A stretch of 64,000 nt of DNA from Takakia lepidozioides (lineage: Eukaryota; Plantae; Bryophyta), in NCBI GenBank assembly GCA_030704615.1, contig CM060733.1, positions 30,070,001 to 30,134,000 on the forward strand, read 5' to 3'. A program made the translations under genes and the position numbers. The notes below the pieces were generated by a model. It saw only the letters and a list, made by a program, of their open reading frames with translations, ran no database searches and was not told the origin of the DNA. Below are positions 27,730-39,796 of the stretch, one piece after another; the stretch's first letter is position 1, and every line of letters starts with the position of its first letter.

Positions 27730-29131
27730 ATTGTCAATAAAATCAGCTGCAGATAATCGGCCGCGTTGAATCCTCTCCGCCTGCTGAAGTTGGAAGTGAA
27801 GCTTGAGTACTGAGCTCTCTATTCGTCACCTGTATAAGGCTCAATGATTTGAACGTTGATTTCTGTTTCCTCGTCAAGTATCTGAATGTTCAAGTTTCGT
27901 AAATCCGTTGAATCCCACTTTCACTCTCTAATTCAGCTCGTCGGATTCACTGCAGCTCAATCGCTCCCTGGGTATCTGATAGAGGGATCAGGATACACCG
28001 CCTCTGGACAAGGCTGTTACTACTCGGCTCTCTCAACTCTCCTCGCTTGCTGTGAAGCCTGAGTTTGTAGAAGCAAAGAGAGCGGGGCCGTTATGTAGGC
28101 ACAAGCCGTTGACGTGAGTCGTCGTCTTCTTCCAACGAACGCGCTTTCTTGCGTTTACTTGCAACTCGTCCCCGGGTCACCACCTTCCATCCGACCGCGT
28201 AAACGCAGGGTCCGTGACCATCGAGCAAGGGGTGAAGCTGGCGGGACCCGGGGAGATGGCGGGGCAGTTGTGGCAGTAATGGCAGGCGTTAACCTGCTGA
28301 CCACAGTCGTGGACACTAGTCAACAAACACGACCTCTTGCGTCTGCGACTTTCTCTTCTTTTTGTTTGTAATGAAAAGGAGAGGAAGCCCTTGTAAACTT
28401 TACGTGGAGTTATTGAAGGGGATAAAAGGAAAACCCGTGAATGCACTCCGCACTTTCCATGCGCTTTCTCGCCGCAATTTGCTTCGGATTATGAAGATCT
28501 CCGCCATCGTGATTTTGATGGAAAGTTGTGGTTTGGACGGTGATCGGCACGACAACATGTGCGCTTAGTGCATGGCTGCCACGTGTACCTCCCGAAGGGA
28601 CACGTAGATAGTAAGTGGGAAGAAGAGGCAGGCAACAAAGGTTTGAGCAAGCAATCTGAAAAACCTGCGAAGTAAACTTGATTTGTGTTCAAAGTCATGG
28701 CCTCCCCATTCTCTCTACCCCACCCTCCCTTCCTGCTCTGATCAAACCAGGAACGGGATCTATGCCTACAAATGTATGTGGTAACTGAAACATGTACTTC
28801 AAAATGAAGACTACATGAGCAGCCCCTCATGAGGAAGTGAGATGGATATGTACATGGATCTGTCCATATGACTTCGATTGAATATACGAGTGAAATTTGA
28901 CAGTGTCGAAATTTAGCATTGGGTAGCAGGAACATCCAGGACGGCACACAACTTTACAAAGTAACTGATAGCATTCAATCATCCAAGACATCAGAACATA
29001 TTGAGACTTCATAGTTGTACCTGCAGGAAGTTATGACTTCGTTTATAAATTTAAACAGTCTTGATTCTTGAGTTAAATCTGCTCCGAGCTTAGACACATG
29101 TGTTAGATCCGATACTTATGGCGTTTTAAAA

Positions 29132-29930
29132 AAAGAATGGAACTCTAGCTCCAGTGCAGTAGAAGCAAATATCCGGCTTCAAGGCCAGTCGAAATGCAAC
29201 ATGGACCACTGTGTGCATCTACCCATGGCTAGACCTGCAAGCGCTTAACATTTGCAGTCTGGGCCCTGGCTGCATGAACAATCTTGGCATTTGGATGATT
29301 TGTACTGATCCTCTTATACTACTTCAGTGCTGGATTCATTTACAGCCCGAGTGAATCCAGCTCCGCACCATACGCACTTAGTCCTTCTTCACAAGCCCCG
29401 CCTCTGGCTGGGCGGCAAAATCGCCCTTCGCCACCTCTCCCTTGTTGGCGTCGCCCTGACTTCCTTGACTAGTTGGAGCTGCAAATTCGTCTGCAGCTTT
29501 GGGAGTCTCCGGCTCCGTCTTCTCTGGCGCGGTTGCAGGTGGAGCGGCCTTGACTGGCGTACCCATAATCGATAAAGACTGTTAAAGAACTCAAAAGTTA
29601 AAACTGCAAAGAATGGAATTCTAGCTCCAGTGCAGTAGAAGCAAATATCCGCCTTCAAGGCCAGTCAAAATGGAACATGGACCACTGTGTGCATCTACCC
29701 ATGGCTAGACCTGCAAGCGCTTAAAATTTGCAGTCTGGGCCTGGCTGCATGAACAATCTTGGCATTCGGATGATTTGTACTGATCCTCTTATACTACTTC
29801 AGTACTGGATTTTCATTTACAGCCGGAGTTAATCCAGCTCCGCACCATACGCACTTAGTCCTTCTTCACAAGCCCGGCCCGCCTGGCTGGGCGGCAAGAT
29901 CGCCCTTGGCCACCTCTCCCTTGTTGGCGT
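29132..29930. repeat. Head-to-tail duplication (period ~476 bp); second unit truncated by a Copia LTR at 29931
   Basis: aaagaatggaa.tctagctccagtgcagtagaagc...cttgttggcgt occurs at ~29132-29451 and ~29608-29930, nearly identical. Confidence 0.95.
29378..29578 (-). pseudogene. Probable terminal exon or small gene encoding a Pro/Ala/Glu-rich peptide (MGTPVKAAPPATAPEK...), partially duplicated
   Basis: The 62-aa ORF is preceded by an acceptor-like ttctttaacAG. Its 3' end recurs at ~29855-29930. Confidence 0.4.
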
Positions 29931-30809
29931 TGTTAAATTAGTAATGCAAGCATTAGTGTACCATTGATTATTCAGCCCTCGGGTTTAATGTCTTCATTAT
30001 ATTCTCGCGGGTAGCATATGCCAGTTGGTTAGCAGTTAATCCACCACCATAGTAGGATAGACTTCATTAGTTGGCAGTTAATTACTTCTGCAATTACTTT
30101 CTACAGCTCATGTGTCCATGATATAAGGGCCTGAGGTACACTTTGCAACTATTCTAGCCTTCGATCCTCATGCAGTTGGTACACTACTCATTCTACATGG
30201 TATCGGAGCTCGAGGGGGCAATAGAATCATAGTTTCTTTCAGGGTTTGAGGTCACTAGGAAGCACCTATGGTGTGAAGCACTGCTCCACCATCGTTGGAT
30301 GTCTTGTTGATTCGATTTTGTGATACTGTGAGCTCTGCTCCAAAATTGTTTGTTTTATTGCAAAATTCTTGTTCCAAAAATTCTTTCCACTCTAGAAATT
30401 TCTCACGGGCCTGTAGTTCTCATGCACCTCTCAATTCGTGTCTATAAACGTCATCTTTCCTCCACTCACTACTTTGTAAAAACTGATTTCTCTCGAGATC
30501 CCTCTTCCTCTCTCTTGCCATCGTCCTTTAGTTCTTTATTGATTTAATTATTTTCTTTCTAACCTCCTTCAGCAGCCGTCATGGGAAATGGATCAGACTT
30601 GATCACCCTTAGCAAGACAAGCTGAGAAGGAAAACCAACTACTCAGTATGGAAGTTCAAGGTCACAAACTATATGTTGAGGGAGGATATTCTTGAGCTTG
30701 TCCAGAAGAAGGTGGTCCTAGAAGCAGGTCAGGATAAGGAAGAGCTTAGGAAGAAGAAGCTCAGGGCTCTTACCATTATAAATCTCTCTCTCAGTGACAA
30801 AGTCATCCA
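29931..30809 (+). mobile_element. Ty1/Copia retrotransposon 5' fragment: LTR 29931-30197, tRNA-iMet PBS 30198-30209, start of gag ~30581-30809
   Basis: TGTTAAA...TTCTACA is followed directly by TGGTATCGGAGC. The downstream frame reads NYSVWKFKVTNYMLREDIL...ALTIINLSLSDKVI, typical of a Copia gag N-terminus. It is cut off at 30810. Confidence 0.85.
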
Positions 30810-33800
30810 TGTCAAGTTATTTTACCACTGGTGTGAAGTTAGCTAGGAAATAGCTAGCTTTTATATATTGACATTTGGGATTGACCCAAGTGTCAATCCA
30901 GGGGCCAATACATGTTTGGGCACCTGGCGTTGTTATCTTCACGGTAGATCGCGGTGGGCTCATCTTTCTCGAGTTGAGCCTCACCGCGTCTAGCTATGGC
31001 GCCGTAGTGTGGATTTCCCATGGCGTGGGGTGTACTTGGCTCGACTTAATATATGAGTGATGTTTTCATGTGCAAGTATGTGAGTTTGAGAGAGCTTGTC
31101 TGCTTGTATCATTCCTTTCTTTATCACTCGAGAAAGATCAACTCGAGTCTGTGAGTGCCAGGTTCGAGTTAGTTGTAGCACTTGTGTTTTCAGATCATGA
31201 GAAGCGGTTCAGCCTAGAATGGAGGGAACCGTGCATGAGCCTATCCAAAGCGGATAGAGTGCAAAGGCGAACAAGTTGCAGGTTTGTCATGGATAAAGAG
31301 GCGGGTAGCCTATGTTGAAGAACGGCGTTACATAGCTCGATGCTATGGCAACCAAGTTTGGGCTTCTAATGTGAAGCGGAGGAGATGCTGGCCACGAGTG
31401 GGCGAACTGATGGTCGTCTTCTTCAGCTGTAGGCCGAGTTTAGGAGCTTCTAAAATGTGGGCTGCGCATGGGAAGTTAGCATGTTGCAGGTTGGAGATGA
31501 TATGATCAGCTCAGGTATCTGCCCGAAACGAGTTGTTGCGGGTAGATGAGCAACAGCCGAATGGCGGAGCTGCGAGGGGATGCATCACAGTCTGTTGGGA
31601 GCTGCAGCTCCAAGCTCATGAAGAGGTATGAGTGAAGAGAGGGAGCTGGTCCCTCTTGTCTGCAAATCAGTGCACTTGTGAAGTATTGCTTGAGTTGGAA
31701 GTTTCAATCTGAAACTCTAGCACGGCGAGGGCTCTTGGAGTGGCAAGAGTGGGGCTGGAAGGGCAGCAACGAGGCGCCCTAGAGCCAAGGGAGATGCATG
31801 AGAAGTCCAGGTGCACCAAGTTTGTAAAGGTGTGTATTTTCAGATTTGTTTTTGTGAGCTTCATGAAGAAAATGGAGCTTGTTGGGCAGCATATAGCTTG
31901 CTTGTTGAGTTGGAGGCATTTCTAGTGGGCCGTGAGAGCTCAGGAGTGCAGGGCGACGGGGTTGATGCCTCCGCAGAAGCCATAGCTCGTCGGCAGCAGG
32001 TGCAGGAGCAAACCCCAGCTTGGGAACGCGTGGGAACGCCGGGAACGCCTCGGAAACAAATGGGAACTCGTTGGGAGTTCCAGGGATCGCAAGGAATAGT
32101 GGTCGTGATGGGCCGTTGGGGCGGTATCACGAGATACCACGAGCCCGGGTCGTGATGGTTGACCGTGACCATTGGAAGTCGTGGTGCGGATACAACGGGT
32201 GGGCACGGTGACCAGATCGTGGAGATGGCGGGCCGTGAAGGCTCGTGGGAGTGGTACCACGGGGTATCACTGGGTAGCCCGTGGCCAACGAGTGCCTAGG
32301 GCGGGCCGTGAGGAGTTGTGGCGGTTGGAGCCACGGAAGGCCGCGAACAGTAAGAGTGGAAAAAAAAATAAAAAATAAAAAATTCACTCGTTTCGTGGGA
32401 CCTTGATGGGGTATGAAGAACAACGGTTTTGAGCTAGCTGATCCGGCAGAAAAGTCAGAATTGTCTCCCTGTTGCGTTTTAACAAAGGGGATTACTTCCC
32501 TGCAGGTAATCTTTTCGGGTTTTCAGCCCAATTCTTAACTATGGGGAAGACCAGTCTGCAGGTAATTTCTTTGGACAGAATGTTGTTGGGGCCTATATGT
32601 ACTTCTATTTGCTCCATTTTTGAACCTTCAGTGAACCGTGTGGTTTCCTAAGGTGGTTCCATTCGGAGGAATGGTTGGTGGATGTAAGGAGGCACTGGCG
32701 GACCCTGTGGAGGCTTGCATGGGGCCTTGGAGGTCAAGTTTCATGAGCTCGTGGAGGGCGGTTTGAGGAGTGTCTACATGATGCTCTCATGGTCATGCAA
32801 GTGAGAGAAGAGAGGAAAAAAGAGGGTGTTGGGATGAGAGCGTGCTTGGGATAGGCATTGCTCTAGTTTCCCTTCCTCGTAGTTTTCCATCTTCTCTGTA
32901 GGCCGAGACCTTTCCATAGGTGGAGGCAAGAGTCAGTCCGGGTTTGGGCTGGGTTGCAAGAGCAACACTGTGGAGAGATTATTGGTGTGGGGGAGTTATT
33001 GTTTTCATTCTTGTGTTTGGATCCCCTCCACACCTGCATGCTTGATTGTGCGCCATGCTAGTTTTGTGTGGGCGCTTGATTTTATAGGTGGTGGACTCGG
33101 GCTTTATCGCCGATCCCACCCTAGAGCATGTTGTCGATGGTGAGGTTGGGTTGATGACCAGTTAGACCATCTTTGTTTCTCTTGTGGTGAGGTTGGAGGT
33201 GATGACCAGCCAACCATAGGAGTGCCTGCGGTGGATGCAAATGCAGGTGCAGGCTATGTTATGAACCTAGTATTCCAAACCATAAGCTGCATCAGGTTCT
33301 CTACCCGGTTACCTTGTGGAGAGGGGGTTAGAGACATGTTCATGACCGGTTGAGTGTCAGTTTATCAACACGGAGGTGCCACTAGTTGCTGGGGAAAGTG
33401 CCGGTACGAGCACTAGCGATACTAGCGGGTATACGAGACGAGGTGTGCGGTTTAGGCCACCTTCACCTCCTGTGTCTTCTACGGAAGGTTCTAATTCGGA
33501 TTGTGAATCAAGAGGACTCACACCGGCGGTGCAAGTTGTTTCCTTGCCATTGTTGTGGGACACGATGGAGGAGATGTATGGAGCCACCAATGGGGCCACG
33601 AAGGTACTCTGGGGCGGTGGGCACCATTGAGTTGGATGATTTTATCCAAGAGTTTGATAGTTAGTGTGACTTGCAGCAAATGCGCAATCCATAACTGTTT
33701 ACGCCTTTCATGGCATGGAAGGGGCTGTTTCAGCACCTTGAGGGGCCGCCCATGGATGATTACCATAAGTTTAGGCAGGGGCACGATGTTGAGATTGAGG

Positions 33801-36800
33801 AGTGGAGGATGTACTGGTCACCCGACTATGTTTCTATCACTAGAGGCACTAGAGGCACAAGGGCAGCAGCCACACCGGCAGCTGCACCAACAGCAGCAGC
33901 TACAACAATAGCTTCCACGAGCAGTAGTGAGACTAGTGGTACAACAACTACGACGTCCACCCAAGCTATTGCTGCACCAGCACCAGTGACGGTGTCTGCC
34001 TTCAACCCTGTTGTGGAGTTCTTCGAAGAGTTGAGAAGGAACTACCAAGGGGTGAGAATAGAGAAGTTGAAGAGCTTGCAATAGTTCCAACGGAAGCCTA
34101 CTGAGAGCTTGAGGGAGGCTTTCACTCGCATTTGGCGCTTGATTAATGTAACCCAAGGGGTTACGGAAGCTCAGGCAGTCCAGTTCTGGTATGGGATATT
34201 GGACAAGGAGCTGAGGAGAAGGGTACGGGATGCAACTCTCCTACAAGCGGCCCAACCCACCTTAGCAAATGTGTTTTTGCTGGCAAAGCAGATAGAGCTC
34301 AACATGGTGGAGGAACGAGTGGTCATGGTGGGATTTGCTAAGGAGGCACCACGGGGTAGTGGTGCTCCTAGCCAGCCACTACCTCAACGTGCTCAAGGCA
34401 GCAAGGGAGCTCAGGTGAAGCCCAGGGAAGGGCAGAGAGGACCTCAGATGCAGGGGTCTCTTCCTTCATTTGTTGGCCAACAACGGGCGGATGTGGTGTG
34501 CTGGACATGTGGAGGACCCCATGTCAAGAAGGATTGCCCAGAAGGAAGCAATGGTTTGGCACCGACACAGCCTGCACAGGTGCAATGTGGGCATTGTGGC
34601 AGGTACGGGCATGGAGAAGCCCAGTGCTATGGTTTGCACCCTGAGTTGCGCCCAGGCCAGTTCCAAGGGAACAATGGTGGCCGGGGGTGAGGTGGAGCAG
34701 CCCAGAGAGAACGAGGTGGCCAGGCACGAGGTGCAGGCCAAAGGCAGGCTCAACATGGCCAAGGACGCGGAGGTCAAGGTAGTGACCAAGGCATGGCCAA
34801 CCGGCTTCAGCAGCTAGAGCATAGGCTCGCTGCCATGGCCACAGCTCAGGTGGTACCGGCTCCAAGGCTGGATGGTCCATCTCTTGCTCTAGAGGGATGA
34901 GACTTAGGAGGCATGGGATTCATGTGCGGTGCATCACTAACACTAGTAAGGGGTGCCACTACCACTACCACTATGGGTGGGGCACCACTACCAATAGTGA
35001 GGGGTGCCACTACCACTACCACTGTGGGTGGGGCACCACTACCACTAGTGCCGGGCAGTACTACCACTACCACTACCACTATGTGCGGGGCAGGACTACC
35101 ACTAGTGTAAGTGGAGTCAGCTGCGGCAGTGACTCGAAGAGCAGCATGAGTTCCTGAGCCACGGGGTGCGGAGGTGGAGTTGGATCCACAGCGTGGGGAG
35201 GCAAGCCGTCAGGCCAGGCTTCCTCAGTCATTCACATTGGCGGAGACAATATCGACGCCGTCCATGGCACCTAGTTCCCACCCGACTGTTACCCGGAGGT
35301 TACTATGTCGAGAGCTACACAGGCAGCACCACTACCTAGTGTTGCCAAGGCCACGGCAGCTAGTATGCTGCTAGGGACGGCCACAGCTGTGTGCCAGGCT
35401 CCATTGTTCTCGACTACCATGATTGCGACGCCGGAGGTAAGACCAACTGAGGTGTTCAGGCTGGCAGCGACACTCTGTGAGAGTAGGGAGGTTACTTCAT
35501 CTTCTGCGGAGATAGTGGGAGGTGTAGTGCCAGAGGGATCCTCGGATGTGAGGGTCAAGACTGCCACGACGGCGCCATGGCAAGCTGCAGCTGCCAGGTT
35601 GATTGAGCTGTCAGCTAGGCCAGCCATTGAGCGCGCCATGGTGACACCTGGAGTTGTCATGTTAGACAACCAGGATGGCATTTTCTGTTTGAGTGGACCG
35701 ACAGGCAAGAGGTACCGGCCACTGCGGGTCTTGTTGGACTCGGGAGCTCAGCCATTGATGTTGGGCAGAGCTGCTATTGCAGGCTTGGGCCTCACGGAGG
35801 CGGATATGGAGTCGTGCCATTTCCAGATACAGACATCTCTGGGAGGATCAGAGCTATAGGAGGAGTTGCGGTTGCCCAGCGAGGCAAGATGCCAACACTG
35901 GCAACATTCACAGCTGCAGCGACTTGGCCTGAAGAGTTGTTGGAAGGCAACAATCATTCAGAGGATGTATCACCTCCGGGAGAGCAGGATGACATGTATG
36001 GTATGGCGGAATTGCCTGCCATGGTTGCTCACACTCCATTGTGGGGCTCGAGCAAGGATCTGTGCGATGGCCTCTACCTTAGTCTGCTGCACCCCCAATC
36101 CTCCAGGATATATCATGTGGCCCAGATACTCAATCTGGTTGTGGAAAAACTTGCACTTCCCCGGATGTAATTTCAATCCGTGCGCTCTCAAGCGCTCAAA
36201 CACCATCTGAAGGTGTCTCTCGTGCTCCTCCACCGTAGCACTAAAGATGATGATGTCATCTATGTAGCACCGAGCAAAGTCTACCCCTGCTAGAATCCTG
36301 TCCATGACTCTCTGGAACTCTGCAGGAGCGTTCTTAAGCCTGAATGGTAAGAATCGCCACTGATATAGGCAATCCTTCCCGTGCTCATTGATCCCCCAGA
36401 ATGCCATCTTCTGCTTATCCGCCTCCTTGATCGGCAACTGGTGATATCCGGACCGCAAGTCCAAAGTGTTAAAGACCTTGGCATGCCCAATGGCATCAAA
36501 GATCTCCTCCGGTGTGGGCATGGCATACTTATCGGACTTGGTCTGACGATTTACAGGCCGGTAATCACCGCACATACGTCTCTCCGTCCAATTGCCATAG
36601 ACATCCTTCTTGGCTGGCATCACCGTGGCTGAAGCATACTCTCCACCAGAGAGCGCCACCAAACCAGCCTCCCAGAGATCTTGAGTCCTCATCTGAATCA
36701 AAGACCTTTCCATGTCACTGTATCTATAGGGTCTCCGAAATATTGGCGTGTCTCTGGCCAACTCAATATGAATCTCCTGACCCTTCAGTAACAATGGGTC

Positions 36801-37312
36801 CAATGTCAGGCTCCCAATTGTCCTCCGTAACTGCAACCTTAAGTCCAGCAGACTTAGAGGTAGGAGACGCGTCCCATGGTTGCTATGCCGCAACCTCATG
36901 AATAGTACTTCCTGCCTGCTCAGTCAATGACAAAGTCTTATCCTGTCCCATCATCTCATCCTTGAGGACCTCCTAAACCCGAGAAGAATCCCCAACCTCA
37001 TCCATCACAGCCACCTTGGCTGCCAACTCCCTCTGAACCTCGAGCACCTTCCACGTGTGCCATGGATGTCTACACCCCGTGGTCCTTACCGGCTCACCCC
37101 CACTCACTGCCTGTACCATCTCAGTAGGCAAGGAGACCGTCAAGGGAAGTGCACTCCGCACTCTACGTTGCTCAGCCATAGCCAAGCTGATAATCCAGGT
37201 CAAGCAATTTAGATCCATCGCTTGCCCCAACACCTGACGACGTGATGCCTCAGAAAGAGAAGGCACCGCCGTGGTCCCAGTGGAAAAACCCATAGCCCGC
37301 TCTCGCTCGTCG
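30810..37312 (+). mobile_element. Gypsy copy 1 of the DNMT/PHD family; 3'-truncated and rearranged
   Basis: It begins TGTCAAGTTATTTTACCAC, homologous to the reverse complement of the 57684 end. Gag (33376-34690, with CWTCGGPHVKKDC and CGHCGRYGHGEAQC knuckles) and protease (VLLDSGA, ~35730) are closely similar to 54325-52485. It contains stops and deletions. Confidence 0.9.
36064..37312 (-). pseudogene. Inverted pol segment of Gypsy copy 1: DNMT C-terminus, linker and Ty3/Gypsy reverse transcriptase
   Basis: ORF 35970-36899 has RMCGDYRPVN, LDLRSGYHQ, LPFRLKNAPAEFQ, YIDDII and KCKFF..IEYLGH. 36790-37312 matches 50780-51300 (LGQAMDLNCL). Confidence 0.92.
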
Positions 37313-38051
37313 GTGCTTGAAGGCAATTGAAACCCTATTTTAACTAATTTTGGACTTTTGGCTTAAACCCGGACCAAACTTAATATGTATTTGAATTAAA
37401 ATTAATTCAAAATTTGTTAATAATATCTTGGATAGTAATGTGTGATTGAACTTTGTGAAATTACAAATGATGTCATACTTGCTTCAAAATGTAACATATA
37501 AGATGTCCATTTGACATTGAAGTGCTTGTGAAGTTGCAGTGTAACTCAACAATTCATTGAACGTCGACTGGGAAGTCGAATGATGTAATATTACATTAGG
37601 TTACAATCACGATAAACAAATGTGTCGAATCGAACATGGGATAGACTCATAGTACTCTACCATACTTGATATAAGTTGATAGTAATTTTGATTGAATCTT
37701 CATATTGACAAGCACAATATTCATAGACAATGCCATTGGAATGATATTTTGGGTGTGAGAAGGGCAGTAAAATATTAAAATAGTGTGAACATTATGAAGA
37801 TGACCTACTAGGGCAGTAAAATAAGGTTTGGGGTGTAACTAGATATATTAAGTGCAATAAGGTCCAAGTTTGTGGTGACTCGGGTTTTAAAGGGTTTAGG
37901 ATAGAAAGAGAGAAACAAATATGGACAACTCTAAACCTTTGTAGAATGTAAAAATATAAGGGGAATTTGATATCCATCATTCTATCATACGTTATCCAAC
38001 TTGAAAATTAAAGAAAACATTAAGAGAATGATACAAATTTTATAAGAGGTA

Positions 38052-38877
38052 ACATGGTAGTACAATAAGGTTTGGAGTTTATTATAAGTAGGGTACTACA
38101 CTAAGGTTTTTGGTATATGGTAAAAGTAATGGTTCAGGGTGCTAAGGGTCACGCTTAAGCTTGGGGTAAGGATTATTGAGGGAAGGGTAAAGGGAAGGGT
38201 AAGGGTTTAGGGTTTGGATTTAGGGTAGAAAGGGACAAACAAATATAGAAGACTCACACATGGTAGTACAATAACTTGTTTTGGAGTGTAAGTAGGGTAG
38301 TACACTAACCTGGTTTTTGGTATATTATAGTAAGAGTACTAATGGTTTAGGGTAGTAAGTGTTAGGCTTAAGCTTAGGGTAAGGATTAAGGCCAGGGTAA
38401 AGGAATGGGTAAAGATTTAGGGTTTGGATTTAGGGTAGTTCAAAGGACAAACAAATATAGAAGACTCACACATGGTAGTTACACAATAACTTGGTTTGGA
38501 GTGTAAGTAGGGTAGTACACTAACCTGGTTTTTGGTATATTATAGTAAGAGTACTAATGGTTTAGGGTAGTAAGTGTCAGGCTTAAGCTTAGGATAAGGA
38601 TTAAGGCCAGGGTAAAGGAATGGGTAAAGATTTAGGGTTTGGATTTAGGGTAGTTCAAAGGGACAAACAAATATAGAAGATTCACACATGGTAGTTACAC
38701 AATAACTTGGTTTGGAGTGTAAGTAGGGTAGTACACTAACCTGGTTTTTGGTATATGGTAAGAGTACTAATGGTTTAGGGTAGTAAGTGTCAGGCTTAAG
38801 CTTAGGATAAGGATTAAGGCCAGGGTAAAGGAATGGGTAAGGATTTAGGGTTTGGATTTAGGGTAGTTCAAAGGGAC
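38052..38877. repeat. Tandem satellite, ~210-bp unit, ~4 copies, with telomere-like TTTAGGG motifs
   Basis: Units start acatggtag at ~38052, 38258, 38470 and 38686. Each has tttagggtttggatttagggtag. The last unit stops abruptly at 38877. Confidence 0.92.
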
Positions 38878-39149
38878 GGGGGTTGCTATTCCATGAGCTC
38901 ATGAGCTCATGAGCGGGCATGGCTCACCCATGAGCCGCAAAGTAACACACTTCGAATTTCAGCAGATTTTTTTCAGGCCCAAAACTATAAAATAATCGAA
39001 AGTAGTATAAGAAGATAAGGTTTTCGAAGATTTCCGCACTCAAGCTGGAAGCACTTCGCTCATAAGTACCAGTGTCCGCTCATGACTTGGAGCCCAAGCT
39101 CATGGACCGCCAGGCCAGGTCATAGAAAAACTGAATTCTGGGCAATAAC

Positions 39150-39560
39150 GGCACCGAAATTATCCCAGAGGAAGAGACGCAAGCGGAATTAGGATCCGGG
39201 TTTGCAGACTCCGAAAACGCAATGGCGACCTATAACCGTGGATAGTACTGTTGCAGAAGTGCAGGATGGTTGGGTATAACGGCGCCGTAATTGGGCACAG
39301 GAAAAGAAATAGCCGGCTGAAGGCTCGGGAGTGAAGCCAATAATGGTGCCGAAATTGGGCTCCGCCTATCAAATACCCGGCTGAAGCCTCCGGAGTGCAG
39401 CCAATAACGGCGCCGAAATTGGGCCCCGGAAACCAAATACTCGGGTGAAGCCACCGGAGTGCAGCCGATAACGGCGCCGAAATTGGGCTCAGGAAACAAA
39501 ATTCTCGGCTGAAGCTTCCGCAGTCCATCCAATAACGGCGCCAAAATTGGGCTCCGGAGA
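39150..39560. repeat. Subterminal tandem array, ~63-bp unit (~5 copies) with core ataacggcgccgaaattggg
   Basis: Cores are visible near 39277, 39340, 39403, 39468 and 39532. Confidence 0.9.
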
Positions 39561-39796
39561 GCAAATACCCGCCTTACGGTGAGGGAGTTTTGCAAACTCT
39601 CCTGAAACTGGTGCGGATTTGTCTAATAAAAGCACACATGTCGGAGGAAATAGAAGTTCTGCCGCATACGACATTGGCGGTGCAGCAATGATATATCCCT
39701 CTTCCGCCGGCCTCGCTCTCATTTTGCTCTTCACTCTTCTTTGTTGTGCCCATCTCCTCCCTGCTTTGAGTTCTTGCTGTGTCGTGAGGCCATGTC

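Noticed and set aside
965-28947. Numerous short antisense and intronic ORFs in the gene-rich half
   Set aside because: They are shadows of real exons or chance ORFs without motifs.
38052-38877. True telomere
   Set aside because: TTTAGGG motifs are isolated within a complex unit rather than forming a pure array.
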